This document shows positions 30,374 through 30,915 of a stretch of DNA of 30,915 nt, one piece after another. Origin of the DNA: Octopus sinensis (lineage: Eukaryota); contig NW_021832445.1 of assembly GCF_006345805.1 (NCBI RefSeq), positions 1 to 30,915 on the forward strand, read 5' to 3'. The translations under genes were made by a program, and so were the position numbers. How positions within the stretch are numbered: position 1 is the stretch's first letter; each line of letters opens with the position of its first letter. The notes under the pieces were generated by a model. It was not told where the DNA came from. It saw only the letters and a program-made list of their open reading frames with translations, and did no database searches.

Positions 30374-30664
30374 GATGATGTGACCGACCAGGCTATCAGA
30401 TGTTGCTACACATCGCTGATCACAATGCGCTTCGCATTGTTTTAGCCTTCAAATGACCCGCCACCCCGCTGGCTAAGCGAGTAGGCCAACAGAAGAAAGA
30501 GTGCGAGAAAGTTGTGGCGAAAGAGTACAGCAGGGATCGCCACCACTCTCTGCCAGAGCCTCATGGAGCTTAGATGGTTTCGCTCAATAAACACTCACAA
30601 CGCCCGGTCTGGGAATCGAAACCGCGAGTCAGCTGCCCTAACCACTCGGCCATTGCGCCTCCAC
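30373..30664 (-). mobile_element. Family-D-headed tRNA-derived SINE with a different 3' half from 1795-2105
   Basis: Minus strand GTGGAGGCGCAATGGCCGAGTGGTTAGGGC…CCAGACCGGGCG…CTTTCGCCACAACTTTCTCGCACTCTTTC, then the unrelated tail TGAAGGCTAAAACAATGCGAAGCGCATTGTG. Confidence 0.85.
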
Positions 30665-30669
30665 ACACT

Positions 30670-30726
<57 letters not shown>

Positions 30727-30915
30727 TATATATATATAGGATATATTATATATAGGGCTCAGTAGTGAGTTCTGCACTACACCTGCTTCTATTGTGTTTA
30801 CATGAGAGAGTATCAGAGTATCGTGGAGATAGGTTTTATTGTTGATCTCGTCGGTGTTTAGTCAAAAAAAAAATAAAAACGAAGATTGTATATTTTGCCA
30901 CAAACACTCATGTGG

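Overview
AT-rich, microsatellite-dense eukaryotic DNA with no protein-coding gene that I can support. The SINE families and (TA)n/(CA)n/(GATA)n load look like an octopod (Octopus-like) intron or intergenic region; this taxon call is recognition from memory, not a database result. Nearly all supplied ORFs are translations of simple repeats. Contents: (1) more than 20 tRNA-derived SINE copies or fragments from about four families, two of them nested insertions with clear TSDs; (2) decayed retroelement coding fragments (Penelope-like GIY-YIG, CRE-like and R4/Dong-like C-termini, RTE C-terminus, and weaker L2-like and Ty3/gypsy-like remnants); (3) several TIR elements; (4) a 1.9-kb A4T4 minisatellite with higher-order structure. 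Best candidates for follow-up: a 1.2-kb foldback-like element whose arms are 25-bp TIRs extended by complementary trinucleotide microsatellites (23995-25217); several minimal hammerhead-ribozyme-like motifs with non-canonical cores in (TA)n-anchored repeat ends (30192, 15566, 2755); a 186-bp-arm inverted repeat with a possible 4-bp TSD (15991-16838); and the helically phased A4T4 satellite next to a CpG-depleted block. All alignments and counts were done by eye; boundaries are approximate unless a TSD or TIR fixes them.
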